Counted from the first letter of the stretch, positions 42,901-52,954 are shown. The stretch: DNA of 64,000 nt from Burkholderiales bacterium (GCA_041617635.1 JBFJOO010000005.1:23033-87032); one strand, 5' to 3'. Numbers and translations: made by a program. Notes: a model not told the origin generated them from the letters alone.

Positions 42901-43900
42901 CGGCGCCGTGCCGCAGCGCGGGCAGCTCGTAGCGCGGGCGCCGCTCCCGAGTGCCGATCCGCCCTTGAATCGACGCGAGCTCGAAGACTTTGAGGTCGCG
43001 CGCCAAGCGTGTCGAGACGTCGGCGAGCGCAACGTCCGCCGACAGCTCCGTCAGGCGTCGACCACGAAACGACAGCCACGCGGTGAGCGCACCGCGGCCG
43101 CCGTTGACTTCGAACGGGTAGTCGCTCCACTGATGCCAAGCGGCAAGATCGACGAAGTCCGATGCGACGTAAATCCGGCCCTGCCAGGCGTCGATCGGAG
43201 CGGCGGTCGCGCCGTAGATGTCGCCGCGCACGTCGAGCGGTCCCGCGTGCTCGGCGGGCGGTTCCGCGCGCAGGGCGAAGCGGTGACGCGCGCCGAGGTT
43301 CTCGAGCACGAAGCTCACCTTCTCGAGGCGCAGCGGCGGCGCGCCGCGAAGCTCGTCCTGCCACTCGATGCGCCCCTCCCGGATGACGATCTCGCCCTGA
43401 TCCAGCACCCAGTCGGCGACGCCGCCGTCGTCGTGGGGCTCGGCGGGGCGCAGCGCCAGTCCGGCGATGAACAGACGGCCGGACGGCTCGCGCCGCATCC
43501 TGAGCTCCGGCCGGTCGAGGACGAGCGAGCGGAACCTGGGCTCCATGACAAGCAGCGAGCGCCACGCGAGCGTCGCGCTCACATAGGGCAGCTCGAGCGC
43601 CACGTCGCCGCGGCGGTCGAATACGCGCACGCGGCTCAGCTGCAGGCGCGGATGCAACGCGAACCAGTCGGCCTCGACCGCCTCGATCTCGACGTGCTCG
43701 CCGACCGCCTCCGAGACCAGGCGCGCGATGGCGTCGCGATGATCGGCGATGCCCGGCAGCACGAAGAACCGCAGGCTCAGCACGCCGATCGCGACGACGA
43801 AATAGAGCCCGACGAGCGTCCAGCCCGCCGCGCGCACGATCTTGTACAAACGCCGCTCGCGCGATTCGAGCTGCGGCTCTTCGGGAAGAATCTCAGTCAT
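39986..43900 (-). CDS. yhdP: YhdP (AsmA-like) lipid transport protein
   Basis: 1304 aa, N-terminal TM, LLSLQSLPRR, YDVSGTWRDP, yhdP-nit-tldD synteny. Confidence 0.9.
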   Translation of the reverse strand: MTEILPEEPQLESRERRLYKIVRAAGWTLVGLYFVVAIGVLSLRFFVLPGIADHRDAIARLVSEAVGEHVEIEAVEADWFALHPRLQLSRVRVFDRRGDVALELPYVSATLAWRSLLVMEPRFRSLVLDRPELRMRREPSGRLFIAGLALRPAEPHDDGGVADWVLDQGEIVIREGRIEWQDELRGAPPLRLEKVSFVLENLGARHRFALRAEPPAEHAGPLDVRGDIYGATAAPIDAWQGRIYVASDFVDLAAWHQWSDYPFEVNGGRGALTAWLSFRGRRLTELSADVALADVSTRLARDLKVFELASIQGRIGTRERRPRYELPALRHGAGEQFEVYGEQLALETRSGVVLGPTDFRAIWQPGDGARAPRGEVTLRTLGLAALAHVGGHVPLPDKLRQALAEIDPRGRLDDLRFSWVGNLDAPDSFRVESRLAGLGMQPWRQVPGFAGFSGRLEATEQGGRVSIDAAGASIAAPNLFPEPPLRFDILTARLGWIRQAAGIEVRIDDLVLLNDDLAATVAGTYRSTTDTPGNVDFTANIVRAAGPKVYRYIPAIGVRLRTWLKEAILAGTAADGRVRLQGDLGDFPFRDGKGGIFRITATASGAAMRIGERWPELVGMSGDIEIDSQVLHVRATSGDMLGARARFIHASVPDLFAKDERASIAGEAEGATAAFLKIIAQSPVNEMIGGFTEGWSAEGEGELVLKFDLPFARVHETKVAGSYRIIDNRMTPGPEMPELSAVNGIAAFTEADVSAKKIDAQIHGGPISFAFATRGDGTVALTGAGKLDAGRLARVSGYPLAGRVRGSADYRLAMTFRGRHADFAVESELVGVALDLPAPFGKIATDPWPTKVERAIGRAPEPSGGQSVRQDTVSVALGKILNAQAQTRIVDGASVLQRAAIGIGSPVAALPRERGVFVAVNLPELDLDKLVNLVPRDAGNAGAQLVTALSVRADTLVALGRRFHEVTVRARQFGGGWQAQATSRELAGDLAWRPEGRGSLVARLKRLELADPQQVGQAADSTLNELPALDVVADSVFLSGRDLGRLVLVAVNESGDWRIQHCEVRAPEGAIVARGTWRPRAALPERTAVTFKIETADAGKYLARFGHIDAVSRGEAALDGELVWNGPPHAIDYATLGGSIRLGAGKGQFLKVEPGIGKLLGLLSLQSLPRRSVGDFGDVLDKGFAFDSISATAGVSRGVLSTQDFVMVGPAAAVTLKGTADIARETQRLELRVIPEVGGGVAAAAGIALLNPIVGAGTLLAQQLLKNPIGQMIAVEYDVSGTWRDPKVEQRAAAVATDPPTSSN

Positions 43901-44094
43901 CTAAGCGGGCCGCTCGATTTCTCCAAGGTGCTGGCCGCGACACTCACGCGCCCCTAGAATAGGGCCGGTCCAATCGCGCCTGGCCGGACTACGCACCCGC
44001 GTAATCCATGAATGGGCTCGAGCGTGGACCGATTCTAACCCAGTCACCGCCCGCCACCCGCCCGATGCACCCGCGATTGCCCGCAGCGAACGCC

Positions 44095-46788
44095 ATGCCC
44101 GAAACGATCTCTCCCGCCGACGCGATGCGCTACTCGCGATTCGTCCAGCGGCTGTGCGCCGCGCAGCCGGATCTGGGCGAAGAGCTCGAGAAAGCCGTCG
44201 GTGCCGGCTGGACGGCCGCGGACATGCGCGCGTTTCTCGTGGCCGCGCCCTGCGACGACGCGGCCGCCTTCGAGGCGGCGCTGCGCCGGCTGCGCCAGCG
44301 CGTGATGCTGCGGCTCGCCGCCCGCGACCTCGCCAACCTCGCGTCGCTTGACGAAGTGATGGCGACGACGAGCGATCTCGCGGAAATCGCGATCGCGGCT
44401 GCGCAGGACTTCCATACAACAGCCCTCGAAGCGACGCTCGGCGTGCCCAGCACCGATGGGAAGCGCCAGGAACTGATCGTGATCGGCATGGGCAAGCTCG
44501 GTGGTCGCGAGCTGAACGTTTCATCGGACGTGGATCTCGTGTTTGCATATCCTCACGAGGGCGACGTGGAAGGGCCGCGCGCCCTTTCCAACCACGAGTT
44601 CTTCACGCGGCTCGGCAGGAAGATCATCGGATCGCTCAACGAGATCACGCCGGACGGCCGGGTGTTTCGCGTGGACATGCGCCTGCGGCCCTGGGGCGAG
44701 CCCGGGCCGCTCGTCTGCAGCTTCGATGCGCTCGAGCAATATTTCGTCACGCAGGGCCGCGCGTGGGAGCGCTACGCCTGGATCAAGGCGCGCGCGCTGA
44801 CCGGCGGCGAGGCGAAGTCGCTCGCCGATGTGGTGCGGCCGTTCGTGTTTCGCAAGTACCTGGATTTCGCTTCCATCGGAGAGGTGCGGTCCTTGCACGC
44901 GCAGATCCGCCGCGAGGTGGCGCGGCGTGACCTCGCTAGCGACGTGAAGCTCGGGCCGGGCGGCATCCGCGAGATCGAGTTCATCGCCCAGGCGCCGCAG
45001 CTGATCCGCGGCGGACGCGACGTGGCGCTGCAGGTGCGGCCCACCCTCGCGGTGCTGGAGGCGCTCGGCGCCCGCGATCTTCTCCCGCCGGTGGCAGTCC
45101 AGGAGCTTTCCGCCGCGTACGGGTTCCTGCGCCGGGTCGAGCATCGACTGCAATGGCTCGACGACGCGCAGACTCACGCGCTGCCCACCACCGCTGACGA
45201 TCGCCAGCTCCTGGCGGAAAGCATGGGATGCGAGGACTGGTCGCAGTTCCAGGTCCTGCTGGACGAGCAGCGCGCCGCCGTCACGCGTCATTTCGAGAGC
45301 ATCTTCGCGGAGCACGCCGAGGATTCGACGTCCGTTCCGCTCTGGCAAGGGTCGCTCGATCCCGAGGCTGCCGCGACGGAGCTCGCGACCCGCGGATTCA
45401 GCGCGCCTGACGACGCCATGCGCCGGCTTGCGGCGTTCCGCGGCAGCACGCGCTACCAGCAGCTACCGGAGACCAGCAAGCAACGGCTGGAAACGCTCGT
45501 GCCGCGCGTCATCGACGAGGCCGCCAAGACTTCCGACCCAGGCACGACGCTTGCACGCTGCCTCGACTTCGTCGAGAGCGTGAGCCGGCGCGCAGCGTAC
45601 CTCGCCCTCCTCCAGGAGCATCCGCAGGCCCTCGAGCGCGTTGCGGCCATGCTCGCCTCCTCGAGCTGGGCCGCGGCTTATCTCACGCGCCACCCCATCG
45701 TCCTGGACGAGCTCCTCGACGCCCGCGTCCTCTTCGCCGAGCCCGATCTCGCCGCCTTCTCGCGCAGCATGCGCGATGCGATGACCGCGCACGAGGAGGA
45801 TCCGGAAACGCAGATGAATGCGATGCGCGAGATCCATCACGGCGAGATCTTCCGCCTGCTCGCACAGGATCTTGCCGGAGAGCTCACCGTGGAGCGGCTC
45901 GCGGATCATCTCTCGCTCGCCGCGGACATCGTCCTGGCCACGACGATCGACGTGGCCTGGAAGCGCGTGAACAACCGGCATCGCGACACGCCCTGGTTCG
46001 CGATCGTGGGCTATGGAAAGCTCGGCGGCAAGGAGCTCGGTTACGCCTCCGACCTGGACCTGGTGTTTCTGTACGACGATTCGCACGCCGCGGCAACCGA
46101 GACCTACACGCGCCTCGGCCAGCGGATCAACACGTGGCTCACCACGACGACCCCGGCGGGCACGCTGTTCGAGACCGACTTGCGGCTGCGGCCGAACGGG
46201 GACGCGGGGCTGCTGGTGTCGTCGCTGGAAGCGTTCCGTCGCTATCAACGCGAATCGGCCTGGGTGTGGGAGCACCAGGCGCTCACGCGCGCGCGGTTCT
46301 GCGCCGGGGACGCCGAGATCGGCGCGCTCTTCGAGGCGGAGCGCAAGAGCATCCTGACCCTCCAACGCGAGCCCGCCAAGCTCGCCGAGGAGGTCCTCGC
46401 GATGCGCCGGCGCATGCACGAAGGTCATCCGAACCACAGCGAGCTCTTCGACGTCAAGCACGACCGCGGCGGAATGATCGACATCGAGTTCGTGGTGCAA
46501 TTCCTGGTGCTCGCCTACTCCCACCGCCACGCCGAGCTCGTGGCCAACCTGGGCAACATCGCGCTGCTGTCCATCATGGCGGGCCTCGGTCTGGTGCCCG
46601 TGGCGCTCGCCGAGCAGGTCCGCACGGCTTATCGGGACTACCGCCGCGTGCAGCACCGCCTGCGCCTGACCGGGGCGCCGTACGCCCGGGTTCCGCACGG
46701 AGACGTCGCCCAGCACGCCACGGCGACGCGCGCACTCTGGAATGCGGTGTTCGGGCCGTACGAGGGCGCGGCGGGGGGGACGGACTGA
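44095..46788 (+). CDS. glnE: Glutamine synthetase adenylyltransferase
   Basis: Two NT domains: GMGKLGGRELNVSSDVDL and GYGKLGGKELGYASDLDL. Confidence 0.96.
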   Translation: MPETISPADAMRYSRFVQRLCAAQPDLGEELEKAVGAGWTAADMRAFLVAAPCDDAAAFEAALRRLRQRVMLRLAARDLANLASLDEVMATTSDLAEIAIAAAQDFHTTALEATLGVPSTDGKRQELIVIGMGKLGGRELNVSSDVDLVFAYPHEGDVEGPRALSNHEFFTRLGRKIIGSLNEITPDGRVFRVDMRLRPWGEPGPLVCSFDALEQYFVTQGRAWERYAWIKARALTGGEAKSLADVVRPFVFRKYLDFASIGEVRSLHAQIRREVARRDLASDVKLGPGGIREIEFIAQAPQLIRGGRDVALQVRPTLAVLEALGARDLLPPVAVQELSAAYGFLRRVEHRLQWLDDAQTHALPTTADDRQLLAESMGCEDWSQFQVLLDEQRAAVTRHFESIFAEHAEDSTSVPLWQGSLDPEAAATELATRGFSAPDDAMRRLAAFRGSTRYQQLPETSKQRLETLVPRVIDEAAKTSDPGTTLARCLDFVESVSRRAAYLALLQEHPQALERVAAMLASSSWAAAYLTRHPIVLDELLDARVLFAEPDLAAFSRSMRDAMTAHEEDPETQMNAMREIHHGEIFRLLAQDLAGELTVERLADHLSLAADIVLATTIDVAWKRVNNRHRDTPWFAIVGYGKLGGKELGYASDLDLVFLYDDSHAAATETYTRLGQRINTWLTTTTPAGTLFETDLRLRPNGDAGLLVSSLEAFRRYQRESAWVWEHQALTRARFCAGDAEIGALFEAERKSILTLQREPAKLAEEVLAMRRRMHEGHPNHSELFDVKHDRGGMIDIEFVVQFLVLAYSHRHAELVANLGNIALLSIMAGLGLVPVALAEQVRTAYRDYRRVQHRLRLTGAPYARVPHGDVAQHATATRALWNAVFGPYEGAAGGTD

Positions 46789-46967
46789 GGCGCCGGCATT
46801 CGCGCCGGAGATAAGTCTTATCGGCGCGCCCGGACATCATCCGGGTCAAGAGGGAATTCCAGTAGAATTTCCACCCGCTTTCCACCTACCTTCCACGCGA
46901 CTCCACGCAACTTAGGCACCGAGCCACTCAACCCACACAATGCAGCGCTGACAGGGAGCGAACAAAA

Positions 46968-47945
46968 ATGTCGATGGCGGACCGCGACGGGACCATCTGG
47001 TATGACGGCAAGCTCGTGCCGTGGCGCCAGGCGACCACCCATGTGCTCACACACTCGCTGCACTACGGGCTCGCCGTCTTCGAGGGCCTGCGCGCATACA
47101 AGACGACCGACGGGACGGCGATCTTCCGGCTGAAGGAGCACACCGATCGGCTGTACAACTCGGCGCACATCTACATGATGAAGATCCCGTACACGCGCGC
47201 GGTCCTCATGGAGGCGCAGAAAGCCGTCGTGCGCGAGAACAAGCTCGAGTCGTGCTACGTCCGGCCGATCGCGTTCTACGGCTCGGAGAAGATGGGGGTG
47301 TCGCCGAAAGGCGCGACCGTGCACGTCGCGGTGGCCGCATGGCCGTGGGGCGCGTATCTCGGCGCCGAGGGACTCGAGCGAGGCATCCGGGTCAAGACCT
47401 CCTCCTATGCGCGCCATCATGTGAACGTCTCCATGTGCCGCGCGAAGTACTCCGGCACCTACGCCAACTCGATCCTCGCGAACGCCGAAGCGGTCGACCA
47501 CGGATACGACGAAGGGCTGCTGCTCGACGTGGACGGGTTTGTGGCCGAGGGTGCAGGCGAGAATCTTTTCGTGATCAAGGACGGCCAGATCTATGAGCCC
47601 GAGATCGCCTCGGCCCTGGTGGGCATCACGCGGTCGACGATCCACCAGCTCGCGAAAGACCTCGGACTCTCGATTGTGACCAAGCGCCTGACGCGCGACG
47701 ACATCTACATCGCCGACGAGGCGTTCTTCACCGGCACGGCGGCCGAGGTGACGCCGATCCGCGAACTTGACGGGCGCGTGATCGGCGCCGGCAAGCGGGG
47801 CCCGGTCACCGCCAAGATCCAGAAGGCCTTCTTCGACGTGGTGGGCGGCCGCAACAAGAAGTACCAGAGTTGGCTCGCCTCGGTCTATCCGGCCGGAAAG
47901 AAGGCGACGAAGGCCGCCAAGACATCGAAAGGGAGCAAGCGGTGA
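46968..47945 (+). CDS. ilvE: Branched-chain amino acid aminotransferase
   Basis: HSLHYGLAVFEG, EGAGEN, FTGTAAEVTPI. Confidence 0.96.
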   Translation: MSMADRDGTIWYDGKLVPWRQATTHVLTHSLHYGLAVFEGLRAYKTTDGTAIFRLKEHTDRLYNSAHIYMMKIPYTRAVLMEAQKAVVRENKLESCYVRPIAFYGSEKMGVSPKGATVHVAVAAWPWGAYLGAEGLERGIRVKTSSYARHHVNVSMCRAKYSGTYANSILANAEAVDHGYDEGLLLDVDGFVAEGAGENLFVIKDGQIYEPEIASALVGITRSTIHQLAKDLGLSIVTKRLTRDDIYIADEAFFTGTAAEVTPIRELDGRVIGAGKRGPVTAKIQKAFFDVVGGRNKKYQSWLASVYPAGKKATKAAKTSKGSKR

Positions 47946-48142
47946 TGCCCGACACGGTGCAGAAGGAGCAGGTGATCGAGGTGGCCGAGCGGGATCTTCC
48001 GCTCCACTGCCCGACGCCGCGCACACCGGTCTGGTGCTATCACCCGCGCGTGTTCCTCGACGTCGCGCACGCCGGCGAAGCGCGCTGCCCGTACTGCGGC
48101 ACGCTGTATGTCTACAAGGGACCGCCGTCCAGCGGACACTAA
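47945..48142 (+). CDS. Zinc-finger (zf-CHCC) protein
   Basis: LPLHCP, HPRVFL, CPYCG. TGATG overlap with ilvE. Confidence 0.88.
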   Translation: MPDTVQKEQVIEVAERDLPLHCPTPRTPVWCYHPRVFLDVAHAGEARCPYCGTLYVYKGPPSSGH

Positions 48143-48207
48143 GAGTATGGATCGCCTCGACGGATGAATCGGCCCCGCGCGGTCTTGCAAGACAGCCTGT
48201 AACTGCC

Positions 48208-49251
48208 ATGCCGCGCATCGTCGTCGTCGCGCCCAACTGGATAGGCGACACGCTGCTCGCGCAGCCGCTGTTTGCCAGGCTTCACCAGAAGCTTCCCGGC
48301 CTCAAGCTGGACGCGCTTGCGCCCGCGTGGACTGCCCCGGTGCTTGCGCGCATGCCGCAGATCGACGAGGTGATCGAGTCGCCTTTCGCTCACGGCGAGC
48401 TCAAGCTGCTCGAGCGCTGGCGCCTCGGCCGGCAGATCCGGACGGTAGGCTACGATCAGGCGATCATCCTCCCGAACAGCTTCAAGTCGGCATTGGTGCC
48501 GTGGTTCGCCGACATCCCGTTGCGGGTCGGATTCGTCGGCGAATCGCGCTATGGCGTGCTCAATATCCGGCACAAGCTCGACGCGCCAGCGCTGCCCCTC
48601 ATGGCCGAGCGCTATGCGAAGCTTGCCGAACCGCCCGATGCGCCGCCGGTCCGGCCCTTGCGCGCCGCGCGCCTCGAGATCAACGAGGCAAACCTGGTGA
48701 TCACCTTGAGCCGGCTCGGGCTCTCTCGGTCGCGCCAGATCGCCGTCCTTTGCCCTGGCGCGGAGTACGGTCCCGCGAAGCGCTGGCCCGCGGGCCATTT
48801 TGCCGCGCTCGCCAAGGCCCTGGCCGCTCGCGGACTGGCCGTGTGGCTGATCGGCTCGGCCAAGGACAAGCCGGTCGCCGATGAGATCGCGGCAGGCTGC
48901 GACGATGCGGTGCTCAACCTGTGCGGGCGCACGGATCTCGGCGGGGCGATCGACTTGATGTCGCTCGCAAGCGTGGTGATCAGCAACGACTCGGGACTCA
49001 TGCACGTCGCATCGGCGCTCGGCCGTCCGCTCGTGGCGATCTACGGGTCCTCGAGCCCCGACCACACCCCGCCGCTCAGCCCCGGCGCGCGCATCGTCAA
49101 GCTCGACATCGAATGCAGCCCGTGCTTCGCGCGGGTCTGCCCCCTCGGTCACTTCCGGTGCATGAACGATCTCAAGCCGGAGCTGGTGCTCGCGGCCATC
49201 GATGCGCTCACCCGCAGCCCACGCCCGTTCAGTTCCGAGAACCGCCCGTGA
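48208..49251 (+). CDS. waaF: LPS heptosyltransferase II
   Basis: PNWIGD, PNSFKSA, CPGAEYGPAKRW, SNDSGLMH. Confidence 0.95.
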   Translation: MPRIVVVAPNWIGDTLLAQPLFARLHQKLPGLKLDALAPAWTAPVLARMPQIDEVIESPFAHGELKLLERWRLGRQIRTVGYDQAIILPNSFKSALVPWFADIPLRVGFVGESRYGVLNIRHKLDAPALPLMAERYAKLAEPPDAPPVRPLRAARLEINEANLVITLSRLGLSRSRQIAVLCPGAEYGPAKRWPAGHFAALAKALAARGLAVWLIGSAKDKPVADEIAAGCDDAVLNLCGRTDLGGAIDLMSLASVVISNDSGLMHVASALGRPLVAIYGSSSPDHTPPLSPGARIVKLDIECSPCFARVCPLGHFRCMNDLKPELVLAAIDALTRSPRPFSSENRP

Positions 49252-49403
49252 CCACGCGCCCGCTGCGTGCACCCGAAGCGTGCGAATGTGCGGCATCGCG
49301 CACCATGAGCGAACGCGCATTGGGGCCCTACCACCACGCCCCCGTCCCGTTCGCCGACTGGCACGGGCGTTGCTAAACTCCGGTTGTCGAACTTGGGGCG
49401 TAC

Positions 49404-50387
49404 ATGACCTTCGCACACCTCATCAAGGAAATCGGGCGCGGGGAACGCGGCGCAAACGATCTCGACGAATCGGACGCGCGCCAGTTGTTCGGCGCCATGC
49501 TCGATGGCGGCGTTCCGGAGCTCGAGCTTGGCGCGATCCTGATCGCACTGCGCATGAAAGGCGAGTCGATCGGCGAGCTGGTCGGGTTCCGGCAGGCCGC
49601 CCAGGAGCGTCTGATCCGGTTGAGTCCACCGCCCGGCAACGTGCGCCCCGCGATAATCCCGAGCTACAACGGCGCGAAGCGTCAACCCAATCTCACCCCG
49701 CTGGTTGCAATGCTGCTCGCCAGGATGGGCGTGCCCGTGCTCGTGCACGGGACACTCGAGGGACAGGACCGGGTCGCGAGCGCGTACGTACTCCGCGAGC
49801 TTGGAATTCTCCCCTGCACGAGCGTCGCCCAGGTGCAGGCGCAGCTCGAAACCGAGCGCCTCGCGTTCGTTCCGACCGGCGCGATCTCCCCCGGGCTCGC
49901 CAGTCTGCTGACGATACGCGGCCGGCTAGGTCTGAGGAATTGCGCTCACACCGTGGTCAAGCTGATCGACCCGTTCGGTGGGGGGAGCGTTTGCGTGGTC
50001 GGCGTGACCCACCCGCATTATCTTGATGCGGGTCGCGGCGTGCTGCTCGCGGCCCGCGAACGCGGGTTGATCTTTCGCGGGACGGACGGCGAGTCGTTCG
50101 CCAACCCGCGCAAGCGACCGCGCATCGAGTATCTCTACGACGGCCAGAGCGACGTGCTGTTCGAGGCGGAGCACGTTTCCCCGGATGCGCGCGCCGACTC
50201 GCCCCAGGACATCGAGGCGCGCGCCACCGCAGCGTACATCCGCAATGTGCTCGAGGGGCGTGCACCCTTGCCGATGCCGATCGCGAACCAGCTCGCCTGC
50301 TGCCTCTACGCCACCGGATTCGCCGCCGACTTCAACCAGGCCAAAGCGCTCGCCGCCGTGCAGGCGCATACGCGGGCGATGGCATGA
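49404..50387 (+). CDS. ybiB: YbiB (TrpD-like DNA-binding protein)
   Basis: IKEIGRG, LRMKGES, IPSYNGA..QPNLTPL. Confidence 0.92.
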   Translation: MTFAHLIKEIGRGERGANDLDESDARQLFGAMLDGGVPELELGAILIALRMKGESIGELVGFRQAAQERLIRLSPPPGNVRPAIIPSYNGAKRQPNLTPLVAMLLARMGVPVLVHGTLEGQDRVASAYVLRELGILPCTSVAQVQAQLETERLAFVPTGAISPGLASLLTIRGRLGLRNCAHTVVKLIDPFGGGSVCVVGVTHPHYLDAGRGVLLAARERGLIFRGTDGESFANPRKRPRIEYLYDGQSDVLFEAEHVSPDARADSPQDIEARATAAYIRNVLEGRAPLPMPIANQLACCLYATGFAADFNQAKALAAVQAHTRAMA

Positions 50388-50439
50388 GGGCGCGCAGCGG
50401 CCCCGCGCGTCAGGTCAGAGCTGAGACGACGCCCTTCGC

Positions 50440-51879
50440 CTACCCCACGGTGGCGTCGGACGTCGCATCGATGCGGCCGTGGCCCACCGCCTCGGCCAGC
50501 AGCGTTTCCTGCAAGGACAGCCACTCGACGGGACCACCGGCCGAGCGCTGTCTGAGCAGCGCGGTGCTGACGCGGGTGCGGCCGGCTTCGCCCCCGTGTG
50601 ACTCCACGTAGGTGGCGAGGCAGAGACCACCCTCGTAGCGCCGTAGCGACACGTCGCGAATCTCCAGGCGGTAGCGCTTTGGCTTTTCACCAAACGCGCT
50701 GGCGAAGCTCCGCAACACGCCCGCCTTCCCATCGCGCCTGCCGTTTGGGTGGACGACCACGAAGTCCTCCGCGAGCGCCGCAGCCAGCCGCGCGAAGGCG
50801 ATATCGCGGTTCGGCACGTCGCCTTTGAGCCAGCGCTCAAGACCGCGGTGGAAATCGAGCACCTCCGCGAAAAAGGAATCGTCGGTCGCTCCGGCACGTT
50901 CCTCGCGGCCGACGCCGTGCGCGCTACCCGACCCGATGATCCTGTAATCGTCGGCGGGGCCAACCGGGACGATGGTCGGATCGATTTCCCCGATCGCGTC
51001 GTAGTAATGGCGCTTGACGTGGTCGAGCTTGACGGTCTCGGCGACGCCCGGAACGTCGTGAACTCTCCGCGCATACGCGGTGAGCGCCGGATAGTCGACC
51101 AGGCGACGCAGGTTGCATCGGAGCGCGCCATGATAAACGGCGTCAAAGCGACAGAGCGTCGCGAACAGGTGCCAGTCGCTCTCGGTCAGCTGGTCGCCCA
51201 GCAGATAGGGCTGCCGCGACAGCCGGCGCTCGAGTTCGTCGAGCGCCGCGAAGAGCGCGACCACCGCGCGCTCATACGCATGCTGGGTCGCGGCGAATCC
51301 CGCCCGGTAGACGCCCGCGCAGACGGTTGGGATGAGCCAGGCGTTCAGCGCGTCGATGTCGGCGCGCAGGGCCGGTGGATAGAAGTCCGCCGCGGCGTCG
51401 CCCCACTCGTCGAACGCCGAGTTGAGCATCCGGATGATTTCGCCCGACTCGTTGCTCACGATGGTTTCGGTCGCCCGATCCCACAATACCGGAACGCTGA
51501 CTCGCCCGGTGTAGTCGGGCTTCGCGGCGCGGTAGACCTCGTGCAGAAACCGCCGTCCGGCGACGTGATCGACGGTGCTCATGGCGCCGTCGTCGAAGCG
51601 CCACCCCTCCGGGGTCGCCCATCTCGGGTGCAGCACCGACATGGTGACGACGTTTTCGAGGCGCTTGAGTTGCCGATAGATGATGGTGCGGTGCGCCCAG
51701 GGGCAGGCATAGCTTACGTACAGGTGATAGCGACCGGGCTCGGCTCTGAATCCGGAACGCCCGTCCGCCGTCACCTGGCCGCGAAAGCCGCGCGCCCCGG
51801 CGAGTGCGCTGCGCACCGCCGCTGTCTCGTCCAGACGTCCATGCCAGACGCCGCCGATGAGTGCCCTGATCTCCCGCAT
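50440..51879 (-). CDS. Glutathionyl-hydroquinone reductase (YqjG-like) fused to DUF4440/NTF2-like domain
   Basis: RYHLYVSYACPWAHR, SVPVLWD, NESGEIIR, HVKRHYY, then about 140 aa ending WLSLQET. Confidence 0.85.
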   Translation of the reverse strand: MREIRALIGGVWHGRLDETAAVRSALAGARGFRGQVTADGRSGFRAEPGRYHLYVSYACPWAHRTIIYRQLKRLENVVTMSVLHPRWATPEGWRFDDGAMSTVDHVAGRRFLHEVYRAAKPDYTGRVSVPVLWDRATETIVSNESGEIIRMLNSAFDEWGDAAADFYPPALRADIDALNAWLIPTVCAGVYRAGFAATQHAYERAVVALFAALDELERRLSRQPYLLGDQLTESDWHLFATLCRFDAVYHGALRCNLRRLVDYPALTAYARRVHDVPGVAETVKLDHVKRHYYDAIGEIDPTIVPVGPADDYRIIGSGSAHGVGREERAGATDDSFFAEVLDFHRGLERWLKGDVPNRDIAFARLAAALAEDFVVVHPNGRRDGKAGVLRSFASAFGEKPKRYRLEIRDVSLRRYEGGLCLATYVESHGGEAGRTRVSTALLRQRSAGGPVEWLSLQETLLAEAVGHGRIDATSDATVG

Positions 51880-52004
51880 GCCGTTCAGCCCGTCAGCCCT
51901 TTGGCCCGCATGGCGTCGCGGCCGCTCGGTCGCGCCGCGATCCGGTACAGCTTCGTGCCCATCGTCGAATCCTCCTGGTCGGGTGACATGGCGCAACGCT
52001 ATAC

Positions 52005-52021
52005 TGTTCACGGCTGCAACA
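52005..52021. promoter_or_regulatory. Putative LysR binding site
   Basis: Inverted repeat TGTT-N9-AACA (contains T-N11-A) between divergent genes. Confidence 0.45.
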
Positions 52022-52051
52022 CCATTCGACAAAGGCGTAATCGGACTTTGC

Positions 52052-52954
52052 ATGGATGAACAGCAATCGAGCTGGGACGACCTGCGTACGGTGCTCGCCA
52101 TTGGCCGGACCGGCTCCCTCTCGGGCGCGGCGCGGACCCTGCGCGTCAGCCACCCGACGGTCTTCCGGCGCATCAACCAGATCGAGCGGCGCCTAGGGGT
52201 GCGCCTGTTCGAGCGGAAGCGCGCGGGCTACACGCTCACCGTTGCGGGCGAGGAATTGGTCGCCGTTGCCGAGCGTGTGGAAGAGGACTTGAGCGGCGTC
52301 GAGCGACGGCTCGCCGGGCAGGATCTGCGGCCGTCGGGAACGGTGCGGGTGACGACCACCGACACCTTGGTGGCTTTGCTGATCCCGATCTTCGCCGAGT
52401 TCCGCGCGGCCCACACGGGGATCGAGCTCGACCTCATCGTCTCGAGCGAGTTGCTCAATATCAGCCGGCGGGATGCCGACGTCGCGATCCGGCCCTCACG
52501 GCAGGTCCCGGAGAACCTGATCGGGCGGAAGGTGAGCGAGATCGGAATGGCCGTGTACGGCCATGAGCGCCTGTTCGCGAACCGCCGTCGCGACGCCGCC
52601 TTCGAGGACTACCCGTGGGTCGGGCCCGACGAGAGTCTGTCCTATCTACCGCTCGCCCGCTGGCTACGCGAGCGGAGGCTCCACGAGCGGCTCGTCTATC
52701 GCGCCAACACGCTGCTCGGCTGCCACGAAGCGGCGCGCGGCGGGATCGGGCTCGCGGTGCTGCCGTGCATGCTCGGCGATCCCGCGCCCGAGCTCGTGCG
52801 CGTCGGACCGTTGCTCGACGACCTGCAGGGCGAACTCTGGCTGCTCACGCATCGCGACCTGCGGGACGTCGCACGGATCCGCGTCTTCCTCGACTTCGTC
52901 ACGGAAGCGCTGAGAGCGCGCCGCGCGCTCTTCGCGGGACGGCGAAAAGCGTGA
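52052..52954 (+). CDS. LysR-family transcriptional regulator
   Basis: WDDLR, GSLSGAAR..VSHPTVFRRI..E..LG..LF.R, DADVAIR. Confidence 0.93.
   Translation: MDEQQSSWDDLRTVLAIGRTGSLSGAARTLRVSHPTVFRRINQIERRLGVRLFERKRAGYTLTVAGEELVAVAERVEEDLSGVERRLAGQDLRPSGTVRVTTTDTLVALLIPIFAEFRAAHTGIELDLIVSSELLNISRRDADVAIRPSRQVPENLIGRKVSEIGMAVYGHERLFANRRRDAAFEDYPWVGPDESLSYLPLARWLRERRLHERLVYRANTLLGCHEAARGGIGLAVLPCMLGDPAPELVRVGPLLDDLQGELWLLTHRDLRDVARIRVFLDFVTEALRARRALFAGRRKA

Noticed and set aside
49248-49376. 42-aa ORF between waaF and ybiB
   Set aside because: No SD, no recognisable motif and atypical composition. Probably the ybiB promoter region.
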